64,000 nt of DNA from an uncultured Chloroflexia bacterium (GTDB taxonomy: Bacteria; Chloroflexota; Limnocylindria; Limnocylindrales; CSP1-4). How positions within the stretch are numbered: the stretch's first letter is position 1; the number at the start of each line of letters is the position of its first letter. The stretch covers positions 224,001-288,000 of the forward strand of contig CAVQJC010000001.1 in NCBI GenBank assembly GCA_963712745.1. Direction: 5' to 3'. Made by a program: the position numbers and the translations under genes. This document shows, piece by piece, positions 1 to 11,182 of this stretch. The notes beneath the pieces were generated by a model. That model saw only the letters and a list, made by a program, of their open reading frames with translations. It ran no database searches and was not told where the DNA came from.

Positions 1-2
1 GA

Positions 3-115
3 CATCAGACCGCAGGGGCCGACGCGGATTGGTTGCGTCCGCAAGGATAGTCGACCGCAGCTTTGCCTGCCAATCAAGACCATCCCCGCACTCTCATCTG
101 GCCCCTGATCCGATG
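3..115. repeat. Intergenic stem-loop element: imperfect terminal IR with internal GATGG/CCATC-like motifs
   Basis: catcagaccgcaggggcc (3-20) pairs imperfectly with ggcccctgatccgatg (100-115). Internal gattgg, ccaatc, ccatc, tcatc. Confidence 0.4.
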
Positions 116-380
116 GCGCGAGGTCGACATGTTCGAGGCTACGGACGAGGAGCGGGTCAAGCCCGAGACGGCCCTCGCCTGACCGGGCTCAGGAGCGGCG
201 CGGTGCTGAGCCGTTCGGCACTTGACCGCTTCGACCCGGAGCCCAAGGATGGTCCCCGCGAGGCGGCGGTGCGCATGCTCTCGATGGTCGCTTCTGCGGG
301 AAAGGCCACGGGATCGATGGCCACCCGGCAGGCGGCATGGTGGGGGCGGCCGCGGACCTCCGAGTTCGGAGGACTCTCAG

Positions 381-1178
381 ATGGGCTCCAGGCGATCCCT
401 CGGATCCTTGCTTGCGTGTGCGACGGCTGTTTCGATGTTGGCTGTGCTCATCAGCGCGGGCCCAGTCTCTGCCGCTGCACCGGGGAATGACGACCGCGCA
501 TCAGCGACGGTCGTCGGAGGGCTGCCCTTCCGCGACAGGCCCGATACCTCCGAGGCCACACGCCAGGCGTCGGACCCCGACTGCTTCGCGGAGGGGAACA
601 ACCACTCGGTGTGGTACTCGTTCACGCCGAAGAGGAGCGGCTACTACCTCGCCCGCACGGCCAAGCCCGAGTACTGGGCCACGCTCACCCTCTCCGAGGT
701 GAAGGCTGGCGGTGGCCTCCGCATCCTCGACTGCCAGGACTACGGCTGGAACGATCTGACCTGGAAGGCACGGGCAGGGACCACGTACCTGTTCATGGTG
801 GGAGCCGCGTACGGCGAACCTGGCGGCAGAGTGGTGTTCCGGGTCATGCGGACCCCGCCGCCGCCGACCGTCAGTGTGGTGCTCACGAAGCGTCCGCGAC
901 TGACCGACACGGGGTGGGTCAGGTTGCAGGGCGAGGTCCGGTGCACCGGCGTCGAGTACGCGGAGCTCTCCGCCAAGGCACGCCAGTATTGGGGGCGGTT
1001 CATCATCCGAGCCCACGGGTCGAAGACTGTCTCGTGCGGGTCAACGTGGCGTATGTCGCTGCGCGGCGACCTCCTCAAGTTCGGCCCCGGCAGGGTCAAG
1101 GTCACGGTCAAGGCGGGCGCCTGCAACATCGTGGGCTGCGACTCCGACAGGATCGTCCGCCGCGTCCCGCTCAGGTAG
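381..1178 (+). CDS. Secreted hypothetical protein (signal peptide; 'APGNDD' motif and beta-rich domains; basic C-terminus)
   Basis: Part of ORF 222..1178. GGAGGA precedes ATG at 381. Hydrophobic signal peptide ending VSA-A, then APGNDDRASA...HSVWYSFTP...TTYLFMVG; paired Cys residues. Confidence 0.75.
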   Translation: MGSRRSLGSLLACATAVSMLAVLISAGPVSAAAPGNDDRASATVVGGLPFRDRPDTSEATRQASDPDCFAEGNNHSVWYSFTPKRSGYYLARTAKPEYWATLTLSEVKAGGGLRILDCQDYGWNDLTWKARAGTTYLFMVGAAYGEPGGRVVFRVMRTPPPPTVSVVLTKRPRLTDTGWVRLQGEVRCTGVEYAELSAKARQYWGRFIIRAHGSKTVSCGSTWRMSLRGDLLKFGPGRVKVTVKAGACNIVGCDSDRIVRRVPLR

Positions 1179-1397
1179 GCAGCACGACTTCATGGTCAGT
1201 CGCGGAGTGAGAGCGCCCGCACGCAACGGATCTGCACGGAGTCGTGAGGCCGCGAAGCCTCGCCAAGCGCACCGGCACATGGGCAACTTCCACGGAGCCT
1301 AAGTCCAGATCCCGTCGAGCCGGTCGAGCCCGTTCCCTACGCCAGCGACCATCAGGACCGCGCGAGGATGGCCGGCGTCATGCGGGCTCTGGAAACA

Positions 1398-1433
1398 AGA
1401 ATAGAGACCGGCCGTCTCCGGCCGGTCTCTATG
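1398..1433 (-). terminator. Rho-independent terminator of the 1451..2176 gene
   Basis: atagagaccggccg-tctc-cggccggtctctat perfect stem, followed on the minus strand by tcttgtttc. Confidence 0.8.
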
Positions 1434-1450
1434 TAGCGGATGTGAAGTGG

Positions 1451-2176
1451 CTAGGTGATGATGTCGAGGGCAGTGCGGAAGAACACCAGACTGAAGTTGC
1501 TGGGATCGCTCCCTACGGCCACGTAGTGGTTGATCTTGCCAGCCTTGGTGGCCCGGTACACAGGGCCGATGATCGGCTTGATGGTGCCGGGTGCAGCGAT
1601 CCAGGTGGACCACTGCGTGGGCGGAGCGAAGAGACCCACTGCGGTGCCCCTGCGCAGGCCCTCGACCGTGGGCGTGGGCGAGCTGGGAGCCACGACGACG
1701 GTGGCGGCGTAGACATCGACCTTGCCAGCGCGTGCAGCATGGGTTGCGATGATGGCCGAGGTCGTCCCGATGGACGTGCTGACCGGGCTGACGCCGAGCG
1801 AAGCTGCGTGGTCGAAGATGCGGAGGCCGGGCTTACCGTTCTTGAAGCCGGCCACGACCGTCAGATTCTCGGTCCCGGTCAGAGCGGTCTTGAGCTTGAG
1901 CAGGGTCTCACCCTTGCAGGGCTTGGCGCCAACAGCTTGCTTCACCGTGACCTTGTACTTGCCGGCGGGGAGCGCATTGTCCAGAACGATCTTCTGGGCG
2001 TACTTGAAGTCCTTCTGGAGGACGCCGCCGTTGACGCAGACGTCGACCTTCACCCCTGGGATGCCATGGACGATAGCGAGCGTTGCCGCCGGAGCGGCTG
2101 CAGCCGGCGCGCCCATGGCGCCGATGACCAGGGCCATGGCGGCCGACGCCATCATCAGGTTTCGCAAACGCTTCAT
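1451..2176 (-). CDS. Secreted DUF4397-like protein (paralogue 1)
   Basis: Start MKRLRNLMM after GAGGA. Signal peptide, then AIVHGIPGVKVDVCVNG and a second-repeat THAARAGKVDVY, typical of DUF4397. Confidence 0.8.
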   Translation of the reverse strand: MKRLRNLMMASAAMALVIGAMGAPAAAAPAATLAIVHGIPGVKVDVCVNGGVLQKDFKYAQKIVLDNALPAGKYKVTVKQAVGAKPCKGETLLKLKTALTGTENLTVVAGFKNGKPGLRIFDHAASLGVSPVSTSIGTTSAIIATHAARAGKVDVYAATVVVAPSSPTPTVEGLRRGTAVGLFAPPTQWSTWIAAPGTIKPIIGPVYRATKAGKINHYVAVGSDPSNFSLVFFRTALDIIT

Positions 2177-2226
2177 CTTGTTGTATGTCCTCTTTGCGAC
2201 GAGTAGGTCTCGTCTGTCGTAGCCAC

Positions 2227-2266
2227 AGGTTAACTGTTTGTCCAAAGTATGTCAAAACTATGTCTA
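2227..2266 (-). promoter_or_regulatory. Sigma70-type promoter TTGACA-N17-TAACCT overlapped by three 11-bp direct repeats
   Basis: Minus strand reads tagacatagtt-ttgacatactt-tggacaaacag-ttaacct. -35 at 2250-2255, -10 at 2227-2232; AT-rich island. Confidence 0.75.
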
Positions 2267-2367
2267 ATATCGGGAGGATCGGAGCGTGGGCTCGACCTCA
2301 CCCTCGACGGTCTGGAACGCCGCCTTGCCGCTTCGACCGACCGAGCGATCAACCTGTGAGGCAGACG

Positions 2368-2457
2368 AACACGCGCCGGGTCGGCCCCGTGGGGCCAGCC
2401 CGGCGCGTGTTGCTGAACCGGCGCGTGCGGCTGAACCGGCGCGTGTTGCTGAACCGG
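2368..2457. repeat. Terminator-like hairpin whose right arm continues as an 18-bp tandem repeat (x3)
   Basis: aacacgcgccggg...cccggcgcgtgtt stem. Unit ccggcgcgtg(tt/cg)gctgaa occurs three times at about 2400-2457. Confidence 0.8.
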
Positions 2458-2472
2458 TTCGGACAGCAACGA

Positions 2473-3171
2473 CTAGAAATCTGGCCAGCGATAGAACTTG
2501 AGCCTCATGTTCTTCCGCGTGTCGCCCATGAAGACGAGCTGGTAGCCCCAGCCTGCGTCGAGGTTCCTGGCCGTGGACTCCGAGGACCACTTCCGCGACA
2601 CCGCGGTCGGGAAGACCGAAGCCACCGTGTAGCGCTCCTTGACGACGATGTCCTTGCTGACGTTGCCCTTGCGCAGGGTGTCGACCGTCGGGCCGAGCTT
2701 GATCGCGGCCGGTGCCGGGACCGCCTGCCAGAGCCAGACATCGATGGCATTGGCCTTGGCCGCGTGCACGACCTTCACTGCCGCCTCATCGGCTGCGAGC
2801 GCCACGGGCTTGTTCTGGTAGATCCGCATCTTGACGACCGACTTGGGCATGCTGTACACGATGGTGTACGTGGCTCCCTCCGCGAAGTCGAACGAGAACG
2901 TAGCCAGGCGCTTGCCCGTGCACTTGCCGGGAGCCGCCTTCTTGATCTTCCAGGTGGTGGGGCCCGGGACGATCGTATCCCGGCGCGCGGACTTGCCGTA
3001 GCGGAAGTTGCTCAGATACTCCTTGCCGCCCGCGCAGATGTCGATCGCGGTGCCGGGGATGGCGTTGATCTCGAGCGCCCTTGCCGGCTCGGGAGCCGCG
3101 GATGCCGGTACCGCCAGGATGCCCAGGGCCAGGGTCGCGCCCACGGCCGCAAGCACCAGCTTTCGAAGCAT
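2473..3171 (-). CDS. Secreted DUF4397-like protein (divergent paralogue 2)
   Basis: MLRKLVLAAV start after AGAAGGGG. Signal peptide, EINAIPGTAIDICAGG and VKVVHAAKANAIDVW. Confidence 0.75.
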   Translation of the reverse strand: MLRKLVLAAVGATLALGILAVPASAAPEPARALEINAIPGTAIDICAGGKEYLSNFRYGKSARRDTIVPGPTTWKIKKAAPGKCTGKRLATFSFDFAEGATYTIVYSMPKSVVKMRIYQNKPVALAADEAAVKVVHAAKANAIDVWLWQAVPAPAAIKLGPTVDTLRKGNVSKDIVVKERYTVASVFPTAVSRKWSSESTARNLDAGWGYQLVFMGDTRKNMRLKFYRWPDF

Positions 3172-3353
3172 TGGTATCCCCCTTCTGCGATCACTCGCGG
3201 CCCCGTTCGGGGTCGTATGCCGTGGATGGTGCGCTCGTGATCCCCCCATTGCAAGTGACCTCCGGCCTGGCGACAGAGGGGACTACGCGGCGGAGAAGCA
3301 TCGGTGAAGGCCCACGGAAGTGAGCATGAAGACGGAGCCGCCATCCTCGGGCC

Positions 3354-4007
3354 ATGGCAGCCCACGAGAAGCGAACCGACCGGGCAGAACGCAAGGCGCA
3401 GCGCGCGCTCACGGACCTGGGCCGGGAGCTTCGACTCGCCCGGCTCAACCACGACCTCAGCCAGACGACGGCGGGCGACGCTGCCCGCCTCTCGCACGCT
3501 ACCTGGAGTCGCATCGAGCGCGGCGCCGCCATGGGACTGGGCGTGGTCGACCTCGCCCGTGCGCTTTCCGTGGTCGGGCTCGATCTGCACATCCGGGCAT
3601 TTCCGGATGGGGCCGTCGTTCGGGATGCTGCGCACGTCCGGCTGCTCGAGAAGTTGCGCCGATGCTTGGGCCCAGGTGCCGGCTGGGCGACCGAGGTTCC
3701 GCTACCCGTGCCAGGTGACCGACGTTCCTGGGATGCCGTCGTGAAGATGGCACCGATCCGCGTCGGCATCGAGGCGGAGACGCGGGCGCGTGACAGCCAG
3801 GAGTTGCAGCGACGGGTGAACGGGAAGCGCCGGGACGGCGGAGTCGACCGCGTGGTCCTCTTGCTCGCGGATACCCGGCACAACCGGGCGTTCCTGCGTG
3901 CCGCCGGCGAGGGCTTCCGGTCCGACTACCCGGTGGACGGCCACGAGGCGCTACGGCGCCTGGCCGTGCCGCGCGACCCTGGCGGCGACTCGATCATCCT
4001 GCTCTGA
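3354..4007 (+). CDS. XRE-family HTH protein fused to a putative PD-(D/E)XK restriction-endonuclease-like domain
   Basis: N-terminal LRLARLNHDLSQ...LSHATWSRIERG HTH. C-terminal TEVPL...SWDAVV...GIEAETR..D.Q...R motif. Confidence 0.75.
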   Translation: MAAHEKRTDRAERKAQRALTDLGRELRLARLNHDLSQTTAGDAARLSHATWSRIERGAAMGLGVVDLARALSVVGLDLHIRAFPDGAVVRDAAHVRLLEKLRRCLGPGAGWATEVPLPVPGDRRSWDAVVKMAPIRVGIEAETRARDSQELQRRVNGKRRDGGVDRVVLLLADTRHNRAFLRAAGEGFRSDYPVDGHEALRRLAVPRDPGGDSIILL

Positions 4008-4019
4008 AGTCCCGAGCGC

Positions 4020-4168
4020 TGCTCGCCACGCGAGCGATCGCGACGTGTCCGCAGCTCCATCAGCGGTTCGTGCTCCTCACGTGAGCAGCGGTGTCAGCAC
4101 CGATCACCTGGAGAGCAGGACCGGCAAGTCCCGGAGCCGTGGAGTCGAGATCGCTCGCGGGGTGAGCA
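4020..4168. repeat. Stem-loop element with 25-bp imperfect terminal IR, directly downstream of the HTH-nuclease gene
   Basis: tgctcgccacgcgagcgatcgcgac (4020-4044) versus gtcgagatcgctcgcggggtgagca (4144-4168): 3 mismatches. Internal TGCTC/GAGCA copies. Confidence 0.7.
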
Positions 4169-4508
4169 CGGACCGGTGGCGGGAAGGAGCGGCAAGACCG
4201 GCGGGAGGGAACGGCGGATCCAGAACGGATCAGGCAGCGAAGCGGCCGCGCCACTGCTGCCGAATACGCCCCGGCCCGGGGCTACTCCAGGTAGTGCCAA
4301 AGCGTGTTCGCGGGTGTCCATCTACCTACGGATCATGCTCAAGCCGGGCCGGACGGGTGTCGGTATAGGGTGCCAGCTAGCCGACAGCGGGTTGAGGCCA
4401 CGACCGCATCGCGCGGTTGGCAATGAAGGTCTTGTTTCGAGCTCGAACAAGCGCTAGCGTTGCTCCCAGAGGGAGAACCCCTTGTCATCGGAGGAAGGAG
4501 AGTCGCAT

Positions 4509-5237
4509 ATGCAACGACTTCGGAGTCTGGCCATCGGGTTGGCGGCCACGGCCTTGCTGATCGGCGCCATGGGTGCGCCCGCGACAGCCGCCACGGGAGC
4601 AACGGTCGCGGTGGTCCATGGCATCCCTGGCGTGAAGGTCGATGTCTGCGTCAACGGCGCGGTGCTAGTGAAGGACTTCAAGTACGCTCAGAAGGTCGTC
4701 CTCGACAACGCGCTCCCCGCGGGCAAGTACAAGTTCGTGGTCAAGCTCGCGAAGAACGCGAAGACCTGCCAGGGCGCGACCGTGATCAAGCAGAAGGTGA
4801 CCCTGACCGGTGCGGAGAACCTCACCGTCGTGGCAGCCTACGTGAAGGGTGAGCCCGGCTTCCGCATCTTCGACCATCTCGATGCACTGGCCGCCAGCCC
4901 CGTCAGCACATCGGTTGATATCTCGGGCATCATCATGGCCCACGCCTCGCGGGCCGGCAAGGTCGATGCCTTCGCCTCCCTCATCATCCCCGAAGCGTTT
5001 CCTGCCTCCAAGGCCACCTTCCCCGGCCTGAAGCGGGGCAAATCGGACGGGCTGGTCATCGGAGGACCCACGTACGACTGGGTCACGTGGTTCTCAGAGC
5101 CCGGCAAGACCAAGCCGTTCATCGGCCCCAAGTACAAGAACACGAGGTCTGGCCAGCTCAACCACTATGTGCTGGTCGGCGACGCGGCCAGCAACTACAC
5201 GATCGTCTTCTTCCGCACGGTCTTCGACCTCGACTAG
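4509..5237 (+). CDS. Secreted DUF4397-like protein (paralogue 3, close to 1451..2176)
   Basis: GGAGGAAGGAG before ATG 4509. Signal peptide. VVHGIPGVKVDVCVNG...KDFKYAQK.VLDNALPAGKYK is shared with paralogue 1. Confidence 0.8.
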   Translation: MQRLRSLAIGLAATALLIGAMGAPATAATGATVAVVHGIPGVKVDVCVNGAVLVKDFKYAQKVVLDNALPAGKYKFVVKLAKNAKTCQGATVIKQKVTLTGAENLTVVAAYVKGEPGFRIFDHLDALAASPVSTSVDISGIIMAHASRAGKVDAFASLIIPEAFPASKATFPGLKRGKSDGLVIGGPTYDWVTWFSEPGKTKPFIGPKYKNTRSGQLNHYVLVGDAASNYTIVFFRTVFDLD

Positions 5238-5257
5238 CGCCGACACGCTCGCACCAG

Positions 5258-5287
5258 GAAGGCCGGCCGGCAACGGCCGGTCTTCTC
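5258..5287 (+). terminator. Terminator hairpin
   Basis: gaaggccggccg-gcaa-cggccggtcttc followed by tc. Confidence 0.65.
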
Positions 5288-5516
5288 GTATCTGCGCGAT
5301 CTGCGCGGTCCGTGGTCTCGTCGGAGGCTGGGACCGGCTAGCGGCCCCATCACCCTTGCGGGCTCTGGGCTTGGTGGTAGCCTCCGTCATGGTCGCTGGC
5401 CTCCTGGCTAGGCTTGCGTCCTTGGACGGCCCCGGTGTCTGCCGGTGGCCATCCGTCTATGAAGGGATACTCCGAGATAGAGTGCCAGATAAGGTGTCCG
5501 TGCTGAGTGATAGGCG

Positions 5517-7371
<1,855 letters not shown>

Positions 7372-7382
<11 letters not shown>

Positions 7383-9327
7383 GTGCTACCTCCACTTGAT
7401 CCGTTTCCTTCGGATGGATACGTCGTTTGGCGAGCAGGGACGTGTCGTCCACCGCCCGGTCGAGCTCGAGACGCCTGCGCTGGAGGTCGAGGACCTCACG
7501 CTGCAGGCGCTGCAGCTCGGGTTCATCGTGGGCCGCCTCTGCATCTGCGAGGCGAGCACGGGTGTACTCGATGCGCTCCGAGAGTCGCGCCCGCTCGAGG
7601 GTCAGCAGGCTCTGATCGATGGCCTGCTGGATGTGGGCGTCGTCGACGGGAAGCGGGTCGGTGCGGGCCATGAGGGTCTGGGCCACGGCCTTCAAGGTGG
7701 CATCGAGCTCGGCCACGAAGGCCGCCCGGTCGAAGTGGTCAGAACCCGCCTGCCTGAGTGCCTGGCCTAGCGCCTTCCACAGCTCACGGGCGGGCGTGGT
7801 CACGAAGGGATCGCCATCGAGCCTGGCGGTGGTGGCATGGAAGCGACTCGGATAGCGCAGCATCAGCCGCAGCAGGGTCGCCTCCGCCGGCTCGATGGCC
7901 CGCTCGACGGCCCGGGGATCGAGCGCGTCCGGCTGGGTCATGACCGCCTCGAGATTGATGCGGCTGCCCACCTGGGCGCTATCACGAGCGCCTCCGGGTG
8001 GGCCCGGGTCGCGGCGGCGCAGGGCCTCCAGCAGGGTGCGCTCCTCCACGCCCGACCGGCGCGCCAGCAGCTGCAGATAGCCATCACGACGCACCGGGTC
8101 GCCGATCGTCCGCAGGGTGGGCAGCACCGCGGCCACCAGCTTCTCGCGACCGGACACGGTCGACTGGTCGAAGCGCGCGGCCGCCCGGTCGATGAGGAAC
8201 TCCATGATCGGCTGCGGGTTCTCGGTGGCGGCGCGCCAGGTGTCGGGATCGTCGCGGATGATCTCGTCGGGGTCACGGTCGTCGGGCAGGCGCACGACGT
8301 CGACATCAGTGAGACGACCACGGTAGGGTGAGCGCTCGATCTCGCCCACCAGCGCGGTCAGCTCGGTGGCGCCGAAGGCGGCGGCCCCCTGCCCTGCCGC
8401 ATCGACGTCGTAGGCCAGTGCGATGCGCGGGGCGTAGCGGGTGAGCAGCTCCACCTGGCCGGCCGTCAGCGCGGTGCCCATGGAGCAGACGACGTTCTCG
8501 AAGCCGGCCTGGTGGGCCATGAGCGCGTCGGTATTGCCCTCGACCAGCACGGCCACGCCCGACTTGCGGATGGCCGTCTTGGCCTTGTCGATGAGGTACA
8601 GCGTGCGACCCTTGTCGAACAACGGGGTCTGGGGCGTGTTCAGGTACTTGGGCCCGGTGTCTTCGCCCTGCGGCCCGAGGATGCGGCCGGTCATGCCGGT
8701 GGCACCGCCGGAGGCGTCGCGGATGGGGAAGATGACGCGCGCCCGGAAGCGGTCGTACACGCCGCGACCCGAGCGGCGGCGGCTGACGAGCCCGGCGGCT
8801 TCGAGGTCCGCCTGGGCGATCTGGCGCTTGCCGCTGAGGGCCTTGGTCATGGCATCCCAGGCATCGGGCGCCCAGCCGAGGTTGAAGCGCTCGATGGTCT
8901 CATCGTCGAACCCACGATCGTGCAGGTAGGCGAGTGCGGCCGCTCCGCTTGCGTGACTGGTCAGCACCTGGTGGTAGAAGGAGATGGCAGCATCGAGTGC
9001 CTCACGCAGGCGCTTGCGCTGAGCATCCTCGCGCGAGGTGCGTTCGCTGAGCTCGACGCCGGCGCGGCCCGCCAGGGACCGCAGCGCGGTGGGGAAGTCC
9101 ACGCCGTCACGCTCCATGACGAAGTTGAAGATGTCCCCGCCCCGGCCGCAGCCGAAGCAGTGCCAGCGCTCACGCGTGGGCGTGACCGTGAACGAGGGGG
9201 TCTTCTCGCCATGGAAGGGGCAGAGGCCCTTGAACGTGGTCCCGGCCTTCTTGAGCTGGACGGTCTCGCCGATGAGCTCGACGATGTCCAGCTTCTCCTT
9301 GATGGTGGCGGCAGCGCCGATGGACAA
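7372..9327 (-). CDS. dnaG: DNA primase
   Basis: [17 protein letters not shown] zinc finger, PKYLNTP, Toprim VEGNTD and YDVDAAG. Confidence 0.97.
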
Positions 9328-9397
9328 TCCGGATGTGCCTCTTCTTCCCCGGTGCCCGCTGCGCCATTGACCCTTGGCCGATCCTGGTCAGCGGATC

Positions 9398-9602
9398 GCC
9401 CTGCCCGGGTCACGTCCGCCGGCGCAGGTCCTGACGGGCACACGTCTGGCCTTGTCAAGTCTTGACAAGGCGCTGGAACTACATTCTAGGGTCTTGACAA
9501 GGGGTTGACAAGGGGGTCCTGAGCACGGTTTCGGCAAGTCAAGTGGCCGCAAGGGGGTTGACAAAGGGGTTGACAGGACCGCGCCGTCCCTCCGAGCAGG
9601 GC
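9398..9602. repeat. Structured intergenic element with six TTGACA hexamers, upstream of dnaG-rpoD
   Basis: Perfect IR gccttgtcaag-t-cttgacaaggc (9449-9471). TTGACA at 9462, 9494, 9505, 9558 and 9570, and on the minus strand at 9453. Outer IRs 9398-9408/9592-9602 and 9421-9433/9574-9585. Confidence 0.75.
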
Positions 9603-9728
9603 CCCTCCACCCGGTCGGGCAGCAGACCGATGCCAGGCTGCCGACCGACGCCCGGTGGACGTGGCCGCGATGGCACGCCCGACCCCCGACACGTACCATC
9701 GACGTCCACCCGCCGCTGGAGACCACCT

Positions 9729-10463
9729 GTGCGCCTAGCCCCGTCCCTGCACCGTCTTGGCCAAGATGAGGTCGCCTGCTACCTCGTCGAAGAAGCCGGC
9801 GAGGTCACCGTCGTCGATGCTGGCGTACCGGCCTACTACGGCGACCTGCTCGACGAGCTGGCTGCGATGGGCCGCACTATCGACGATGTCCGGGCCGTGG
9901 TCCTCACACACGGGCACTCCGACCATATCGGCTTCGCTGAGCGTGTCCGCGACGAGCACGGCATCGCGGTCAGCGTGCACGAGCTCGATGCAGCCCTGGC
10001 GCGCGGCGAAGTCCCCAACCCCAGCGCCGGCCTGGGCCAGCGCAAGCTGGGTTCGCTGCTGGGTTTCCTGGCCTGGGGTGCGCGACACGGCGCACTCCGG
10101 ACCAAGACGCTGACCGAGGTGAGCACGTTCGGCTCGGGCGCGACGCTCGACGTGCCGGGCGCACTCCAGGTCATCCACACACCCGGGCACACCCAGGGCA
10201 ACACCGCCTTGCACGCACCCAGCCTCGACGCCCTGTTCGTGGGCGACACGCTCTCCACGCTGGCGGTGCCCACCGGCCGCCGAGGTCCACAGATCTCGCC
10301 CTTCAGCGCCGACCCCGACGAGGCCCTGGCCTCGCTTGCTCGCATCGAGTCGGTCGAGGCGCGCTGGCTGCTGCCCGGACACGGGGCACCCTGGGCCGAC
10401 GGCGTGGCCAAAGCGGTCGCCGCCGCCCGGGACGTGGGCGTGGCGCACCTGGCCCGGCCGTGA
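9729..10463 (+). CDS. MBL-fold metallo-hydrolase
   Basis: GTG start after GGAG. THGHSDHIG, HTPGHT, FVGD and LPGHG motifs. Confidence 0.9.
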   Translation: MRLAPSLHRLGQDEVACYLVEEAGEVTVVDAGVPAYYGDLLDELAAMGRTIDDVRAVVLTHGHSDHIGFAERVRDEHGIAVSVHELDAALARGEVPNPSAGLGQRKLGSLLGFLAWGARHGALRTKTLTEVSTFGSGATLDVPGALQVIHTPGHTQGNTALHAPSLDALFVGDTLSTLAVPTGRRGPQISPFSADPDEALASLARIESVEARWLLPGHGAPWADGVAKAVAAARDVGVAHLARP

Positions 10464-11182
10464 TCGCTCGCGCACCGGTGGGCATCCTGTGCGCGCTGCC
10501 CCAGGAGCAGGAACTGCTGGTGGCAGCACTGGGCGACCCGTCTCCCCTGCCGGGCGCGGGCCTCGAGGCGCGACGCGGGCGACTCGACGGGCGGGAGGTC
10601 GTGGTCGCGGCATCAGGCGTGGGCAAGGTCAAGGCCGCCACTACCGCCACGCTGCTGGTCGAGCGTCTGGGATGCGGGGCGCTGGTGTTGAGTGGCGTGG
10701 CCGGCGGCCTGGGCGACCTTGCGATCGGTGACATCGTCATCGCCGAGCGCGTCATCGACATCGACTACGGCCGGCTGACCGACGAGGGACGCATCGTCTA
10801 CCAGCCGGGCACGCTGCCGATCCCGGAGGAGAAGCCCGATCCGGGCTACCACATGCCGGCCGACCGCCTGGTGCGGATCCGGCGCCGGCTGGCCGAGACC
10901 GGGCTCCAGGCCACGCTGGGCACCATCGTCACCGGTGACGCCTTCCTGGCCTCGGCACGCGTGCGCGAGGGCCTGGCCGACGAATGGGACGCGCTGGCCA
11001 TCGAGATGGAAGGATCGGCCCTCTGTGGCGTGGCCGAGCGGTTCGACGTGCCCTGGCTCGTCGTGCGTGCCCTGTCGGACCGTGCGGGCGAGGACTCGCT
11101 CACCGACTTCGGGGCGTTCGTGGCCTCGGCCGCGGCCAGCTCCGCGCGCCTGGTGCGGGAGCTGCTGCCCGTCCTCGACTGA
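10460..11182 (+). CDS. mtnN: 5'-methylthioadenosine/S-adenosylhomocysteine nucleosidase
   Basis: SGVGKVKAA, SGVAGG, TGDAFL, IEMEGSA and RALSDRA motifs of the PNP_UDP_1 family. Confidence 0.9.
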   Translation: MIARAPVGILCALPQEQELLVAALGDPSPLPGAGLEARRGRLDGREVVVAASGVGKVKAATTATLLVERLGCGALVLSGVAGGLGDLAIGDIVIAERVIDIDYGRLTDEGRIVYQPGTLPIPEEKPDPGYHMPADRLVRIRRRLAETGLQATLGTIVTGDAFLASARVREGLADEWDALAIEMEGSALCGVAERFDVPWLVVRALSDRAGEDSLTDFGAFVASAAASSARLVRELLPVLD

